This document shows positions 37,791 through 50,600 of a DNA stretch of 64,000 nt, one piece after another. This DNA is from Octopus sinensis (Eukaryota). The position numbers and the translations under genes were made by a program. Positions within the stretch are counted from its first letter, which is position 1. Every line of letters begins with the position of its first letter. Location of the stretch: contig NC_043015.1 of assembly GCF_006345805.1 (NCBI RefSeq), forward strand, positions 31,868,001 to 31,932,000. Reading direction: 5' to 3'. Below the pieces are notes generated by a model, which did not search any database, had not been told where the DNA came from, and saw only the letters and a list, made by a program, of their open reading frames with translations.

Positions 37791-40700
37791 CTCGAACTAC
37801 ATCAATATCTAATGTATCCGTTAATAAAGAGAGACCGTAGGATAGTGTTTATAGGAAATTTAGCAATTACTTCAAGCAGGTGAGCGATCAGGTACAGCTC
37901 GAGATTCCCTAATTGGCTCCATATCCTGGCAACTTGTCTGAATATCGAGAAACAAACACAAAGAAACCCCGAACTGACTCGATTCACACAAACAGTTGAA
38001 AGCACTTTCAGTTACTCTCGGCTTATTTAATGTCTTAACAGAGATGTATGAATGTTACAACGTCCAGTTTTTTTTTTTACATCCGATCCCCTCAGAACCC
38101 TCCTCTTAAGTGTCCTCCTTGGTAAGAGATTCCGAATGGCGTTAGGTGACAAAGCTACAAAAGAAATTCAATTTGAAACTGGTCAAGAGAAGCCGAAAGA
38201 ATTGTAGTAGTTCTAAACCGATAAAGAGAAGCAGTCACTCTACTCTGTTAAAGGAGAGAACAAAAACCCAACTGGAGGATGTGGTCTATATGTTTAAAAA
38301 AAGAAAAGACAAGATGTTGACAGCTAGAAACATGTCTGGCCAAAGAATCTGCTCAATCAAAGCCAATCTGGTGCTAAATAGCAACAACAATCTTAACTTG
38401 AAAAATTATAATTCGAATGCCGCATAAGCAAAGAAAAAAATAAATCTAGTGAGTCGAAACCGCGACCCAGTTTTCATTTCATTCTGAAGATTATTTATTT
38501 CACACATACACACAAGGCTAAAGCTGTCCAGAAGGAAAAGCTTGACCGCCACAACATCCCCACTTCCCCTTCCGTGTTGTAAGAAATCAATTATCATAAA
38601 TAGAGGGTATGATATAATGTATAGCAAATTACCAAGCAGACTCGTGACGAGGTTTCAATCCTTACTTAAAGCCTTTTATTTCATTTCACAAATATTTTGA
38701 GCCTAATGAAAACTCCCTTATCTGGGTTACATGGGTTTAATTAATTAAAGCATCATCTCTACAGTCGCTCGACCAGCTTAGAGATACCATATTATCTTCA
38801 GATCATACTCTATCGTTTGATAAATAAGAACATATCCCTAGATACAGTTTATCTGGATAAAAAAAACGTAGTGGTCACGATTTGAATGTCTTTGATTATA
38901 TATGCCTGATCGAGCAGGACTGACCTGGTGCTAAATAACCACACCAACTATGTCAACCACCACCCAACAAGGGGAAGCAAAACCTTCGAATCACATCCAA
39001 CCGTCTTAGAGAGAGAGACAGAGCAATGTAGACTAAATAGCCCCCCAAAAAGACGGGATGGTCACGGCTGAAATACTTTTGATCAAATGTTCCAAGCAGA
39101 GCTGACTGGGGGACTAAATAACAACTATCACCCATAGCAAAGATTGAAGAATGGTGGAGGTGGTGCTTCTGTTTCGAAGATAAGAACGGGACGAGACAAT
39201 CGAGGAAGGAAGAAGCGAAGAATCAGAAGTTTCAAGAAACAAACAATAAATTATTTTGTTGATAATAGTAATAATAATAATCGTCATAATAAAATAATAA
39301 TAAATCTATTGATAGGAAAGCAAGGATATATTATAACAAAACAATGAATCTATCAAAATATTCAAACTTTGTTTTATAATTGCTTTGTGTGCAGTGCGTG
39401 TTTGTGTGTGTATGTGCATGCTTAAGAGTATGTGGGACTGTGTGTGATTATGTATATTTGTATATATATATATATATATGACTGTATGTTCTCATATATG
39501 TATATATATATATATTATATATATATATATATATGACTGTGTATGTTCTCATATATGTATATATATATATATGTGTGTATATATATATATACATATATAT
39601 ATATTATATATATATATACATATATATATATTATATATATATATATAAAGTTTCTCAGTATATATATATATATGACTGTGTGTGTTCTCATATATATATG
39701 CACATGTACACATGTTTCACTGTGTGTGCATACGTAAATTTATGATGGATGTATGTGTCCATATAGTTTTTTTTTTTTTTTACGTGGGCACACACGTAAG
39801 ATAATGTGAGTTCAGATGTATGTATGTGTATTTATATATAAGTTTATAAGTGAATTCGGTATATATATGTTGAGTGTATATTCGTTTCCCCATAGAAAGA
39901 TGTAAATATTTAATTTCGTACGAGTTTGAGCAAATATAAGGTGCGTATATGTATCTATATATAATGAGTAAGGTCGGGGTACATGTAATTAGTGAAATTA
40001 AGAAAACAAAAAAAGAGGGAAAAGAGCAAGCAAATAAGAGCCAGAGACTCTTTAAAATAATTTCCTTGTTGGCTTAGATATATTAATTTACTTTTCTTTT
40101 AAAATTTTCACTCTGTAGTTTCCTTTTCATTATTTTTAGTTGTGTGTGTATAAAAAGAAAAAAAGTAAACAGAATTTATGCAGTTCAATAAGTTTAGCAA
40201 AACAAATCAAGTTAATTAAGCAATCAGAAAATAAACAATAAAGGAAGGGGTTCATTATTATTATTATTATTCTGACCCCTTGATTTTTGTTTTACAATAT
40301 CTAAATCAACTGAAGAATTTTTTACTTACACTGCGATGTGTCTGAGATAAAGGGACTGATATATATATATATCAATTATATATATCAATTATATATATAT
40401 ATATATATAATATATCCAAGGCTTACTTAAGGCTAACTTAGGGTCTGTGTGAATATATGTGTGGGAATATATATATATATATAAAGTTTCTCAGTATATA
40501 TATATATATATATATATAAAGTTACTAAATATATATATATATATATATCACTTTGGCACTCCCACACAACACACTATCCTCCTCTCTTTTATGTCCGTCT
40601 CTGGCGATTAATTCCTGTCTACCTCAGGTGAGACATGACAACTGCAAGGCTGGCAAAGGTGCACCGCCGACTCGAGCTCTGTTCCACACACTCTCTGTCT

Positions 40701-41322
40701 CTTCGGCTAATTCACTCTCACTCTCTCTCTCTATCTATCTATCTATCTATTTCTCACTCACTCTCTATGTGTGGGGGTATTCCTTTCACCCACTCTCTCT
40801 TTGAGGGTATCCCTCTCTCTCACTCACTCACTCCCTCCCTCTCTGGGTATGCCTCCCTTTCTGTCACTCACTCTCTCGCTCTCTCTGCGTCTTTCTTTCG
40901 CTTTCTATATCTGTTTCTCACTCACTCATTTTGTATATTTCAATATGTGTATGTGTGTATATATACATATATATATATGTATATATATATATATAAAATG
41001 TGCATTTGCAAGCACACACACACACATATATATATATATAAGTGTGTGTGTGTATGTATGCGTATATGTGTGTGTGTGTGTGTGCGCGTGCAAAATGGCG
41101 CCGGTGGCGGTGCGACTGTCGTTGAAGTCTCGCTCAAGTCTCGCTCAAATCTCGTCCACCCCATTTCCGTCACCACCTCCAGTAACAACACTTTTCAAAT
41201 TGAGATAAATTCATATGACTGCAGCAGGCGTCTAGATTCTTCGAGATCCGTGTGTCTGTGTGTGCTTGTATGTCTCTCTCTCTCTATATATATATATATA
41301 TGTGTGTATATGTATATATATA

Positions 41323-41425
41323 CGAGCCAAAGTACAGATCGCATCCCGAAATTAATGGTCATACTTCACATTTTCTGTAAGCACAAAATCCCGTAATTGG
41401 AGGTGGCCGTAACGCAGGGGATGCT

Positions 41426-41474
<49 letters not shown>

Positions 41475-41850
41475 ATGTATATATATATATATATATAGTG
41501 TGTGTGTGTGTATGTATATATATATTGTGTGTGTGTGTGTATGTATATATATGTGTGTATATATATATGTGTATGTATATATATATGTGTGTGTGTATGT
41601 GTATATATGTGTGTGTATGTATATATATGTATATATGTGTATATATATATATGTGTGTGTGTATATATATGTGTGTGTATATATATATATGTGTGTATGT
41701 AATATATGTGTGTGTGTGTGTATATATATATACACACACACTCACATAGCATCCCCTGCGTTACGGCCTCCTCCAATTACGGGATTTTGTGCTTACAGAA
41801 AATGTGAAGTATGACCATTAATTTCGGGATGCGACATCTACTTTGGCTCG
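41323..41850. mobile_element. TA-flanked MITE with ~105-bp TIRs and a pure microsatellite core
   Basis: 41321-41425 is the reverse complement of 41748-41852 with 4 mismatches; TA|CGAGCC...GGCTCG|TA. Confidence 0.9.
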
Positions 41851-42813
41851 TATGGAATCTCGGAAACTCGTATTTTGTAGTTTTAAATTGCTAGCTGTTT
41901 AAAACTACGCTTTCTCCTTAGCTCAAGGGTCACTTGCGTTTTGGTTAAGATGAAAGATTATAGTAACGATTTGGAAAACAATCATCAGGTTACATACATA
42001 CATGCACAAACATGTATATATAATGTACATAATATGTGTGTGTATATATATATCTATATATGTTTGTGTGTGCGTGTACGTACATATATATGAATGTATG
42101 CGTGCGGTGCGTGTCTGTTTCTGCCCTCAACACCAACAAGATAAGCAAATTCATTTCAAATAAAAACATATAATGTGCTATCTTAGTGAGTTTTAAAAGT
42201 TGAATGAAATGTCTTTGATCATAGGTCTTTGGAGGATTGGCTTCAAACTGAGCAACCACAAAAATACAATAAGCAAGAATAATATGACCACCACACCACA
42301 AAATACCTGCCCTCCATCACAAATATCTAAACCAATGCAAACTCATATATCACCACTACCTGCCTACCAGATTTTGAATTCAACTGGCTACAACAGATAT
42401 CAGCATGTACGCCAACACGTGTCTGTGTGTGTGTATGAGCGATTGTGCATGTATTTGTGTCTTAAGTCATAAGGGCAAAGGAGCGAATTGCCCATAAAAT
42501 CTGGTGACCCTTCAGCTAACTAATATAGTGCTTTCTCTTCCTCTGTCCTCTTTTTCATTTCATTTTCATTGCTGCATCAATAAGAATGAGACAATTTTCT
42601 GCTCTCAGAAAGCAAATCTTTCCTGGGCCATTTTTTTACTACATATTTGTGGTGGATAATTAATCGGCGGTGCTTTTGGATTTGTCTTCAGTTTAAGATG
42701 TCTGGAAAGAAGCTGTCAGGTAGACCTGAAGGAAGTAGTGCGAAAAGGAACTTGAAGGAGTTTATGCTGGATATATCTATATATATTATTACTTGTATAT
42801 ATATATGTGTGTA

Positions 42814-43120
42814 TATAGCCTCGGGCCAACCAAAGCCTTGTGAGTGGATTTGGTAGACGGAAACTGAAAGAAGCCCGTCGTATATATGTGTATATATATA
42901 TATATGTGTGTGTGTGTGTTTGTGTGTCTGTGTTTGTCCCCTAGCATTGCTTGACAACCGATGCTGGTGTGTTTATGTCCCCGTTACTTAGCGTTTCGGC
43001 AAAAGAGACCGATAGAATAAGTACTGGGCTTACAAAAGAATAAGTCCTGGGGTCGAGTTGCTCGATTAAAGGTGGTGCTCCAGCATGGCCACAGTCAAAT
43101 GACTGAAACAAGTAAAAGAG
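42814..43120 (+). mobile_element. SINE family B, 5'-truncated
   Basis: Starts at TATAGCCTCGGGCC; complete tail. Confidence 0.85.
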
Positions 43121-43358
43121 ATAAGAAAATGGAGGAACAAATTCATTTCGATCATCAACTTACGGATATTACAATTTCATATTATTTATTAATTATACAA
43201 ATAGGAACATGAAAATTGAACAAAACAATATACATCAATATGCAAATTAATAATAAAATAAAAATAATACAAAGAAACTGTTCCTTACAGCTGTTTCAGC
43301 CTATGGTCAAGAGAATATCCCATAGTGGGTTACCTTCATAACCCCTATCTTACTTTGT

Positions 43359-43398
<40 letters not shown>

Positions 43399-43402
<4 letters not shown>

Positions 43403-43606
43403 TAATCCAAACAAGAAAGCACAAAAAAAACACAACGCGAGGACGTGGAACAAATATAGTATTATTGGACTCTCAGGAAAGAAGGAGGGTTCAACGTTTC
43501 GAGCAGAGCTCTTCGTCGGAAACATAGGAGAAGGAAAGATCCAGAGAAGGGAAGACAGAGGAAAAAAAATCGCCAACAGTACACACGAGGTCACATTTTG
43601 AAAGCA
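43399..43606 (-). mobile_element. Family J short element in (TA)n with hammerhead-like motif
   Basis: Minus strand GTTT-CCGACGA-A-GAGC-TCT-GCTC-GAAAC-GTT-GAAC at 43489-43523; (TA)n on both sides. Confidence 0.65.
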
Positions 43607-43615
43607 TATATATAT

Positions 43616-44672
43616 ATACACCAGGCTTTACGAAAGTCCTGTTACACTCAGTTTTGGATCTTTCAAGAGGTTCAAGTGTGTGATGATAGAAAAAGTGCCA
43701 TCAAACATACTTAAAGTTCTACTTTTTCAGCACATGTCATTAAAACGTCTTTTCCATTGTGTACAGGCGTATCACGATGGAAGCGAAAAGACAAGTCCGA
43801 CATTGCCAAGCAGCTTAACATCATCCAGATGACTGTCCATAGAGTCACGGAGAGGCTCAAGAACGGGAAAGAGCTCAAAGATCAACCTCGATCAGGTAGA
43901 TCTCAAGTTGTCAACTGTTTGGCCGTGAGAAAAGCCTTCGAAAGTGATCTGAAGCTCAAAATGATTGCGCTTGCAAAAAACAACATCATGGTGGCCATGA
44001 TGTCCAGGGCCATCAAGGAGGAGGGTGGCAAGAGCTTGAGGTGCGTGAAAAGGCCTCTGCTCACCAACTATATGTGAGAACAATGTTGGGACCACTTTTG
44101 TTGCCTTCCCAATGACTTGAAGTGTCATGGCAATCAAATTCTCATTTTATCTGATGAAAAAACTGTTGACCCAGTTGTCAACAAGGAGAATGATCATGTG
44201 GTCAGCTTTGGCCAGGATGTCTCCACGGTCCACTACATGTCCACAACGAAACACCTGATCGCCAGGAGGATGCTTGACATTGTGGCTTCAGATGATGAGA
44301 ATATGCCGCCAATGTGGTTCGTGGCTGGTTACAGCCCCACTGTGGCTGACTATAGGGACATCCTGGCCACAGAAGTCCTACCCTGGATGAGAAGGGTCAT
44401 GAAGAAGGCAGACTATACATCTCAACAGGATGGTGCCCTGGACCACACAGCCAAGGCCAAGAGTGGTTGGGGTTGAGCATGAACTTCTGATTGCAGGACT
44501 TTTGGCTGCTGCAGTTACCCAACCTCAGCCACCTCAACTACATCATGTGAATGCATGTGGAGGGCAAGGCCTGCAAGGTTGGCCATAACAATGTCAACAA
44601 GCTGTGCCAAAGTTTTAGGCATTTATTTGTATTAAAAATTGAAGTCCATCAATGACTTTTGGGACACCCTTT
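43616..44672 (+). mobile_element. Decayed Tc1/mariner (maT/DD37D-like) transposon
   Basis: HTH region (DIAKQLNIIQMTVHRV..KDQPRSGR), LSDEK, QQDGA..HTAK, degenerate WPP.SPDLNPLDY, HVEGKACK; right end GGGACACCCTTTATA is the reverse complement of a (C/A)AGGGTGTCCC TIR. Confidence 0.85.
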
Positions 44673-45489
44673 ATAGATAAATATGTAAATCAATAAAAAT
44701 ACATTTCCTAAAAGATTTATGTGTTTAAGCGGAACTTGAACTTACTTCCATTAACTTTACAAGTAACAAAATAACAACTAAAGACCAGCTCACAATGTTT
44801 GATGTTAGTTGGATGACTCATCAAACAATCAATCAATGTGGAATTAATTACATTAAAATCTCAAATAGCAATATATCTTCAAGTTTTTAATCCTTATTTA
44901 AAACATCACTTTTTATTTTTTTACAAATTCTTCAAAATTACTTAATTGCTGTCATCTTAATCATTACCATCGATAGCAGCAGCAGCATCACCATCATCTT
45001 CATAATTGCCACTATCTCCATGATCATTGTTGTCCTCCTCCTCCTCCTCACCACCACCACCACCACCATCATCATCATCGCCATCATCATCATCATCAAC
45101 AACAACAACAAACCGACAAGTTTATAAATATACAGTACATATACTCATACACACACACATGCACCGAAGGTGGTGTGTGATTTTGTCAAAGAATAGAACC
45201 AGAGACATCTAAATGCGGAAAACTTTAAAATGCAATGAGATTTGATGTAAACATCGTGCCAGTACAAGAATAATTCCACCAATCCTTCATTTCAAAACCA
45301 AAAGAACATTCCAGAACAAATCGGTATTGGTTTATAAGGAAATGAGGAAGGCTAAACAATGTTGAAAGTAAGAGATTACAATCACACAAATGTCATATGT
45401 CATGTTTCTTCAGATAAGAATGGTTCACAGAAAAGTTAAACTTTCTTACAGAATATTATTTCTGGATTTGGAACATAATCAATCATTTA

Positions 45490-45790
45490 GTTGGGGTTTT
45501 TTTTTTTTTTCTGACTGATACAGAGCTGTGGACAGACAGATTGAATAACGGATGTATGGATGAATGGTCTGATGAACGGGTGTATAATTGGATGGATTGA
45601 TGAAAGAACGGTTGAACGAATGGATGGATAAATGAATGAATGGTTGGATGGATGGATGGATGGTTCAATGGACTGAACAATGGTTGGTTGGATAGATAAC
45701 TGGATAGACGGGTGCATGGACAGTGAGACGGTTTCCTGCATACCCTGATAATTAGATGAGCGTTTGGGTGAATGATAGACTTTATGAAAG
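45490..45790. repeat. Degenerate (TGGA)n/(TGAA)n tetranucleotide array
   Basis: Direct reading. Confidence 0.8.
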
Positions 45791-46107
45791 ATATATCTGC
45801 TATATTTCATATATCACATTTACTGTAAACAATGTGTTATAAACTAGATATAATATATATGTTATTACATCTAGTATACCATCCTATATATTATATACAA
45901 AATATACAAGGCATACTATATATTAGATATTAGTTGTATATCCAAGGCTGGATTTATGTCTGGGCCATGACCCAGCGGTCTTTTAACTCAGAAAATCCTC
46001 AAGCTTGGAGTTGAAAAATAAAAGATATATTTACAGTAATCAAAAAAAAAATTTGTAATTTCTTTTACTAGTTAACATTTTTTTCTAATCCAGTAGAGTT
46101 CGTTTAA

Positions 46108-46327
46108 CCCTTTCGTTACTGTATTTATTTTGAGATGCTCTGTGTTTCTTTCAATTACTTTAAATATAACAAAGAATTTAGTAAAATAACTTGGTTATCA
46201 TTCAGCTAGTGTTAGGAACATAAATTGTGACTAAGGTTTGGTGGAAGATTTTAATTCAAAACTTATGAAAACAAGACATTTGTACTCAGAGCCAGAGCCG
46301 GTTTCAGCCGGGTTGGTAACAAAAGGG
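46108..46327. mobile_element. piggyBac-type MITE (second family)
   Basis: TTAA|CCCTTTCGTTAC ... GTAACAAAAGGG|TTTA; 12-bp TIR with 1 mismatch. Confidence 0.7.
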
Positions 46328-46798
46328 TTTAAATTATTGAGCCTGCTTTTGATTTATTGGGTCTTTTAGATTTAAAAAGTAATTAAATTTGAGTCCCTCA
46401 GAATCTACCAAGGCTCTTTTAAGTTTTTAAGACATCTTCACATGTTTGGAGCTCCTAGATTTAATGAGGCCCTATTCATTATCTTATTAATGTTTTGAAT
46501 TAGCTCTGTTTTTAAGAAGTGCTTTTTTAAAAATACTTTGAACATATGTTTTCTTCTGATAAAATAAGGGCTGTCAACTGCATACCATTATCTAAACAAA
46601 TGAGCAAAGCTACAACAGTGTGAGAGAAACTATCAAAGTGTTGGCAGCCATTAAAGGTTACGAGATACTATTTTTTTTCTACTTTTTTGCTTATTTTGGT
46701 AATTAGACTGAGACCATGCTGGGGCACCACCATAAAGAATGTTTAGTAGAATGTATCGACCTCAGTATTTTTTTGTTTTTAAAGCCTAGTACTTATTC

Positions 46799-47196
46799 TC
46801 TCTTTTACTCTTTTACTTGTTTCAGTCATTTGACTGCGGCCATGCTGGAGCACCGCCTTTAGTCGAGCAAATCGACCCCGGGACTTATTCTTTGTAAGCC
46901 CAGTACTTATTCTATCAGTCTCTTTTGCCAAACCACTAAGTGATGGGGACATAAACACACCAGCATCGGTTGTCAAGCAATGCTAGGGGGACAAACACAG
47001 ACACACATATATATATATATATACATATATACGACAGGCTTCTTTCAGTTTCCATCTACCAAATCCACTCACAAGGCTTTGGTCGGCCGGAGGCTATAGT
47101 AGAAGACACTTGCCCAAGATGCCACACAGTGGGACTGAACCCGGAACCATGTGGTTGTTTAGCAAGCTACTTACCACACAGCCACTCCTGCGCCTA
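46799..47196 (-). mobile_element. SINE family B, full length
   Basis: Close match to other young copies. Confidence 0.9.
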
Positions 47197-47429
47197 TCAG
47201 TATCTTTTGTAAAACTGCAAACTCTTACGAGTATGTAAACCCACTAACGCTGGTTACCAAGCGATGGTGAGGGACAAACACAGACAAAAAGAAGCACACA
47301 CATGCATACATGCACACACATACACACACACACACCACACACCACACACCAAATCCACTCACAAGGTTTTGGTTGGCCCGAGGCTATAGTAGAAGACACT
47401 TGATCAATGTAGAGGGATTGAACCCATGA

Positions 47430-47595
47430 CCATGAGGCTCAGTGAGGCTCAACATCTTGAGATCAACCTTCACTACTTTGTCCCACATCTTTCTGAGTCT
47501 CCCTCTCCCACAAATCAACATCCTCTTCAAGCAACTGACTCTTCTTATGGAGCTGTTCTCATCCATACACATCACATGACTAAACCAGCAGTAAG
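47430..47595 (-). mobile_element. RTE ORF C-terminal fragment
   Basis: WFSHVMCMDENS..GRGRLRKMWDKVVKVDLKMLSLTE. Confidence 0.75.
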
Positions 47596-47612
47596 TATGA
47601 CTTGGTGTTATG

Positions 47613-48022
47613 CATCATCATCATCATCATCATCACTTAACATCTGCTCTCCATACTTGCATGGGTTGGGTGGTTTGACTTGGCACTGGTTAGCAAGGAG
47701 CTGTCCAGGACCCCATCTGTCTGTTGTGGCATGGTTTCTGTGGTTGGATGCCCTTCCTAATGCCTACCACTTAACAGAGTGAGCTGGATGGTTTTTACAT
47801 GCCACCAGCATGAGTGCATTAATGCAGCACACACATGGATGCTTTTTAAGTGGCACCAGCTCCTGAAAGGACAAGGCCGTACATGTGGAAGGCAGCAATT
47901 TTACTTAGCTTGATGTGTCTTGTCAAGTACAGCAAATCCCCTCATCTCCCGGTCCCTTGTCATTTCCTCAATGAGGCCCAGCATCCAAAGATCCTTTCTC
48001 GTCACTTTGTCCTACATCTTCC
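47613..48022 (-). mobile_element. RTE LINE 3' end (ORF end, 3'UTR, (GAT)n tail)
   Basis: Minus strand ...KDLWMLGLIEEMTRDREM..FAVLDKTHQAK*; 3'UTR with GGCATTAGGAAGGGCATCCA; homologous to 61808-62222. Confidence 0.75.
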
Positions 48023-48355
48023 AAACTGGCAATGTTTCTACAGCTGGATGCCCTTTCTAACGGCAAACACTCTGAGAGTGCAGTGGGTGCTTTTTACATG
48101 CCACCAGCATGAGACCCAGTCAGGTGGTACTGGCATCAGCCAGTATATATATATAATATATATATATTTACGTGCAGTTGGCACGTAAAAAGCACCCACT
48201 ACACTCTCGGAGTGGTTGGCGTTAGGAAGGGCATCCAGCTGTAGAAACACTCCCAGATCAGACTGGGCCTGGCGCAGCCTTCTGGCTTCCCCAGGCCCCA
48301 GTTGAACTGTCGAACCCATGCTAGCGTGGAAAACGGACGTTAAGCGATGATGATA
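48023..48355. mobile_element. Two family C copies head-to-head around a (TA)n spacer
   Basis: Minus copy ~48023-48145, plus copy ~48175-48355. Confidence 0.7.
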
Positions 48356-48837
48356 ATATATGTATATATATATAACATATATCTTATATATATATATATA
48401 CAGATGTGTATGTGTGCGTGTCTTTATGTCTGTGTTTGTCCACCTCTAGCACTTGACAACCAGTGTTGGTGTGTTTACGTCCTTGTAACTTAGCGGTTTG
48501 GCGACAGAGAGCAGTTGAATACATACCTGGCTTAACCAAAAAAATTAAGTACAGGGGTCGATTCCTTCGGCAAAAATTTTTCAAAACACTGCCCCAGCAT
48601 GGCCACAACCTAAATGACTGAAACAAGTAAAAGAAAAAAAATAAAAGATATATGTGTGTGTGTGCGTGTGTAATGTATGTGTGTATATGGTACTATTTTT
48701 ATGAAAAAGTTGTTTTATAAGACACAAACAAGTAACCTTAACTAGAACTCAATATGAAAAACATGTAACTTATGAAAATGCTCTTTCGTTGCTTGGTTAA
48801 TTTGTTCACATTGAAAGCAATTCATAGAATAAAATAT

Positions 48838-49079
48838 CACAGAAGAGGACTTATTAAATCTTTTTACTGCACAGCTTTCTATAATGGACTTATTGTGAGC
48901 CATCACTTCCTGAGCAGTTGAAATTTAAATACATGTTAAAACTGAAGAAAAATATATAGTTTTAATATTTATTTAAATTTCAACTGCTAAGGAAGTGATG
49001 GTTAGTCATTTGTATGAACTTACAATAAGTCCTTTATGGTAACGGGTGCAGCAAAAATTTAAATAAATCCTTTTCTGTA
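48838..49079. repeat. ~240-bp imperfect palindrome (foldback)
   Basis: CCATCACTTCCT(G/T)AGCAGTTGAAATTTAAATA 32-bp inner stem with 1 mismatch; outer GGACTTATTGT(G/A)AG and CAGAA.AGGA.TTATT..TGCAC arms. Confidence 0.85.
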
Positions 49080-49165
49080 AGACATACATATGTGTGTGTG
49101 TGTGTGTGTGAGTGTGTGTGTACAGTTGTGGCCAAAGGTTTGGAGTATTTTTTAAAAAATTATTA

Positions 49166-49533
49166 TAGGCGCAGGAGTGGCTGTGTGGTAAGTAGCTTGC
49201 TTACCAACAACATGGTTCCAGGTGTGGCACCTTGGGCCGACCAAATCCTTGTGAGTAGATTTAGTTGACAGAAACTGAAAGAAGCCTGCCGTATATATGT
49301 ATACATATATATGTGTGTGTGTGTGTGTGTGTTTGTGTGTCTGTGTTTGTCCCCCCAACATCGCTTGACAACCGATGCTGGTGTGTTTACGTCCCCGTAA
49401 CTTAGTGGTTCGGCAAAAGAGACTGATAGAATAAGTACTAGGCTTACAAAGAATCTGTCCTGGGATCGATTTGCTCGACTAAAGGCGGTGCTCCAGCATG
49501 GCCACAGTCAAATGACCTGAAACAAGTAAAAGA
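49166..49533 (+). mobile_element. SINE family B with small internal deletions
   Basis: Match to family B. Confidence 0.85.
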
Positions 49534-50221
49534 ATACCCATGTACAGTTCAATTCAAATATGTGCAACGTAGAGATGAAATAGACTTAGCCAATAACTGA
49601 TCTAATGGTTCAATATCTGGAAGAAGAAAATTTCAGGCCCATGTTCCAAACTTTTGGCCAAGTAATGATATATTGCAAATGAAATATAACTTTGGGCATT
49701 TAATACAAAAATTCCATACTTTTGGTCACAGCTGCATGTATGTGTGTGTGTGTGTGTGTGTGTGCATGCGTGTCTGTGTGTTTGTGTGTGTGTGTGTGTG
49801 TAAATTTTGATCAGGCATCTGTTTGGTTACAAAGTATTTGAGAAGGAAGAATCTTGTTTGGTTCATCATCCTTCAAGTTTTAGGTCTTACAGATTTTTAT
49901 AGTTCCAGATATTGTAACTATTTGTAGTGTACGAATTAAGAATCTGTATTCTCTGCCCAAGAACCCAAGTTCAGCCACACTTTGCTCCAGGTGGATTGAT
50001 ACATATCCAGATAGACAATACAAGGAAACAAGGACGGGTCACTCAGAGTTTTCTTTCCTCAGTCGAGTTCCAGATTATCTTTGCAATTTCAGCTGGTTAT
50101 ACTTGAGAATGCTCCAATCTGGCCAACCCCAAGGAAAAACTAAGCTAAGAGGATTAGATTCCTTGGAAGAAACGGACAATGTTACACAAATACAATAAAG
50201 ATAATTTACATATGTATACAA

Positions 50222-50600
50222 TAGGCGCAGGAGTGGCTGTGTGGTAAGTAGCTTGTTTACCAGCCACATGGTTCCGAGTTCAGTCCCACTGCATGGCACC
50301 TTGTCTTCTACTATAGCCTCGGGCCGACCAAAGCCTTGTGAGTGGATTTGGTAGACGGAAACTGAAAGAAGCCCGTCGTATATATGTATATATATATATG
50401 CGTGTCTGTTTTTGTTCCCCTAGCATTTCTTGACAACCGATGCTGGTGTGTTTACATCCCCGTTACTTAGCGGTTCGGCAAAAGAGACCGATAGAATAAG
50501 TACTGGGCTTACAAAAGAATAAGTCCTGGGGTCGAGTTGCTCGATTAAAGGCGGTGCTCCAGCATGGCCGCAGTCAAAAGACTGAAACAAGTAAAAGAGT
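50222..50600 (+). mobile_element. SINE family B
   Basis: Match to family B. Confidence 0.9.

Noticed and set aside
40635-41396. Longest ORF in the track (253 aa)
   Set aside because: Starts at a non-ATG codon and runs through (CT)n, (TA)n and (TG)n tracts; no domain signal.
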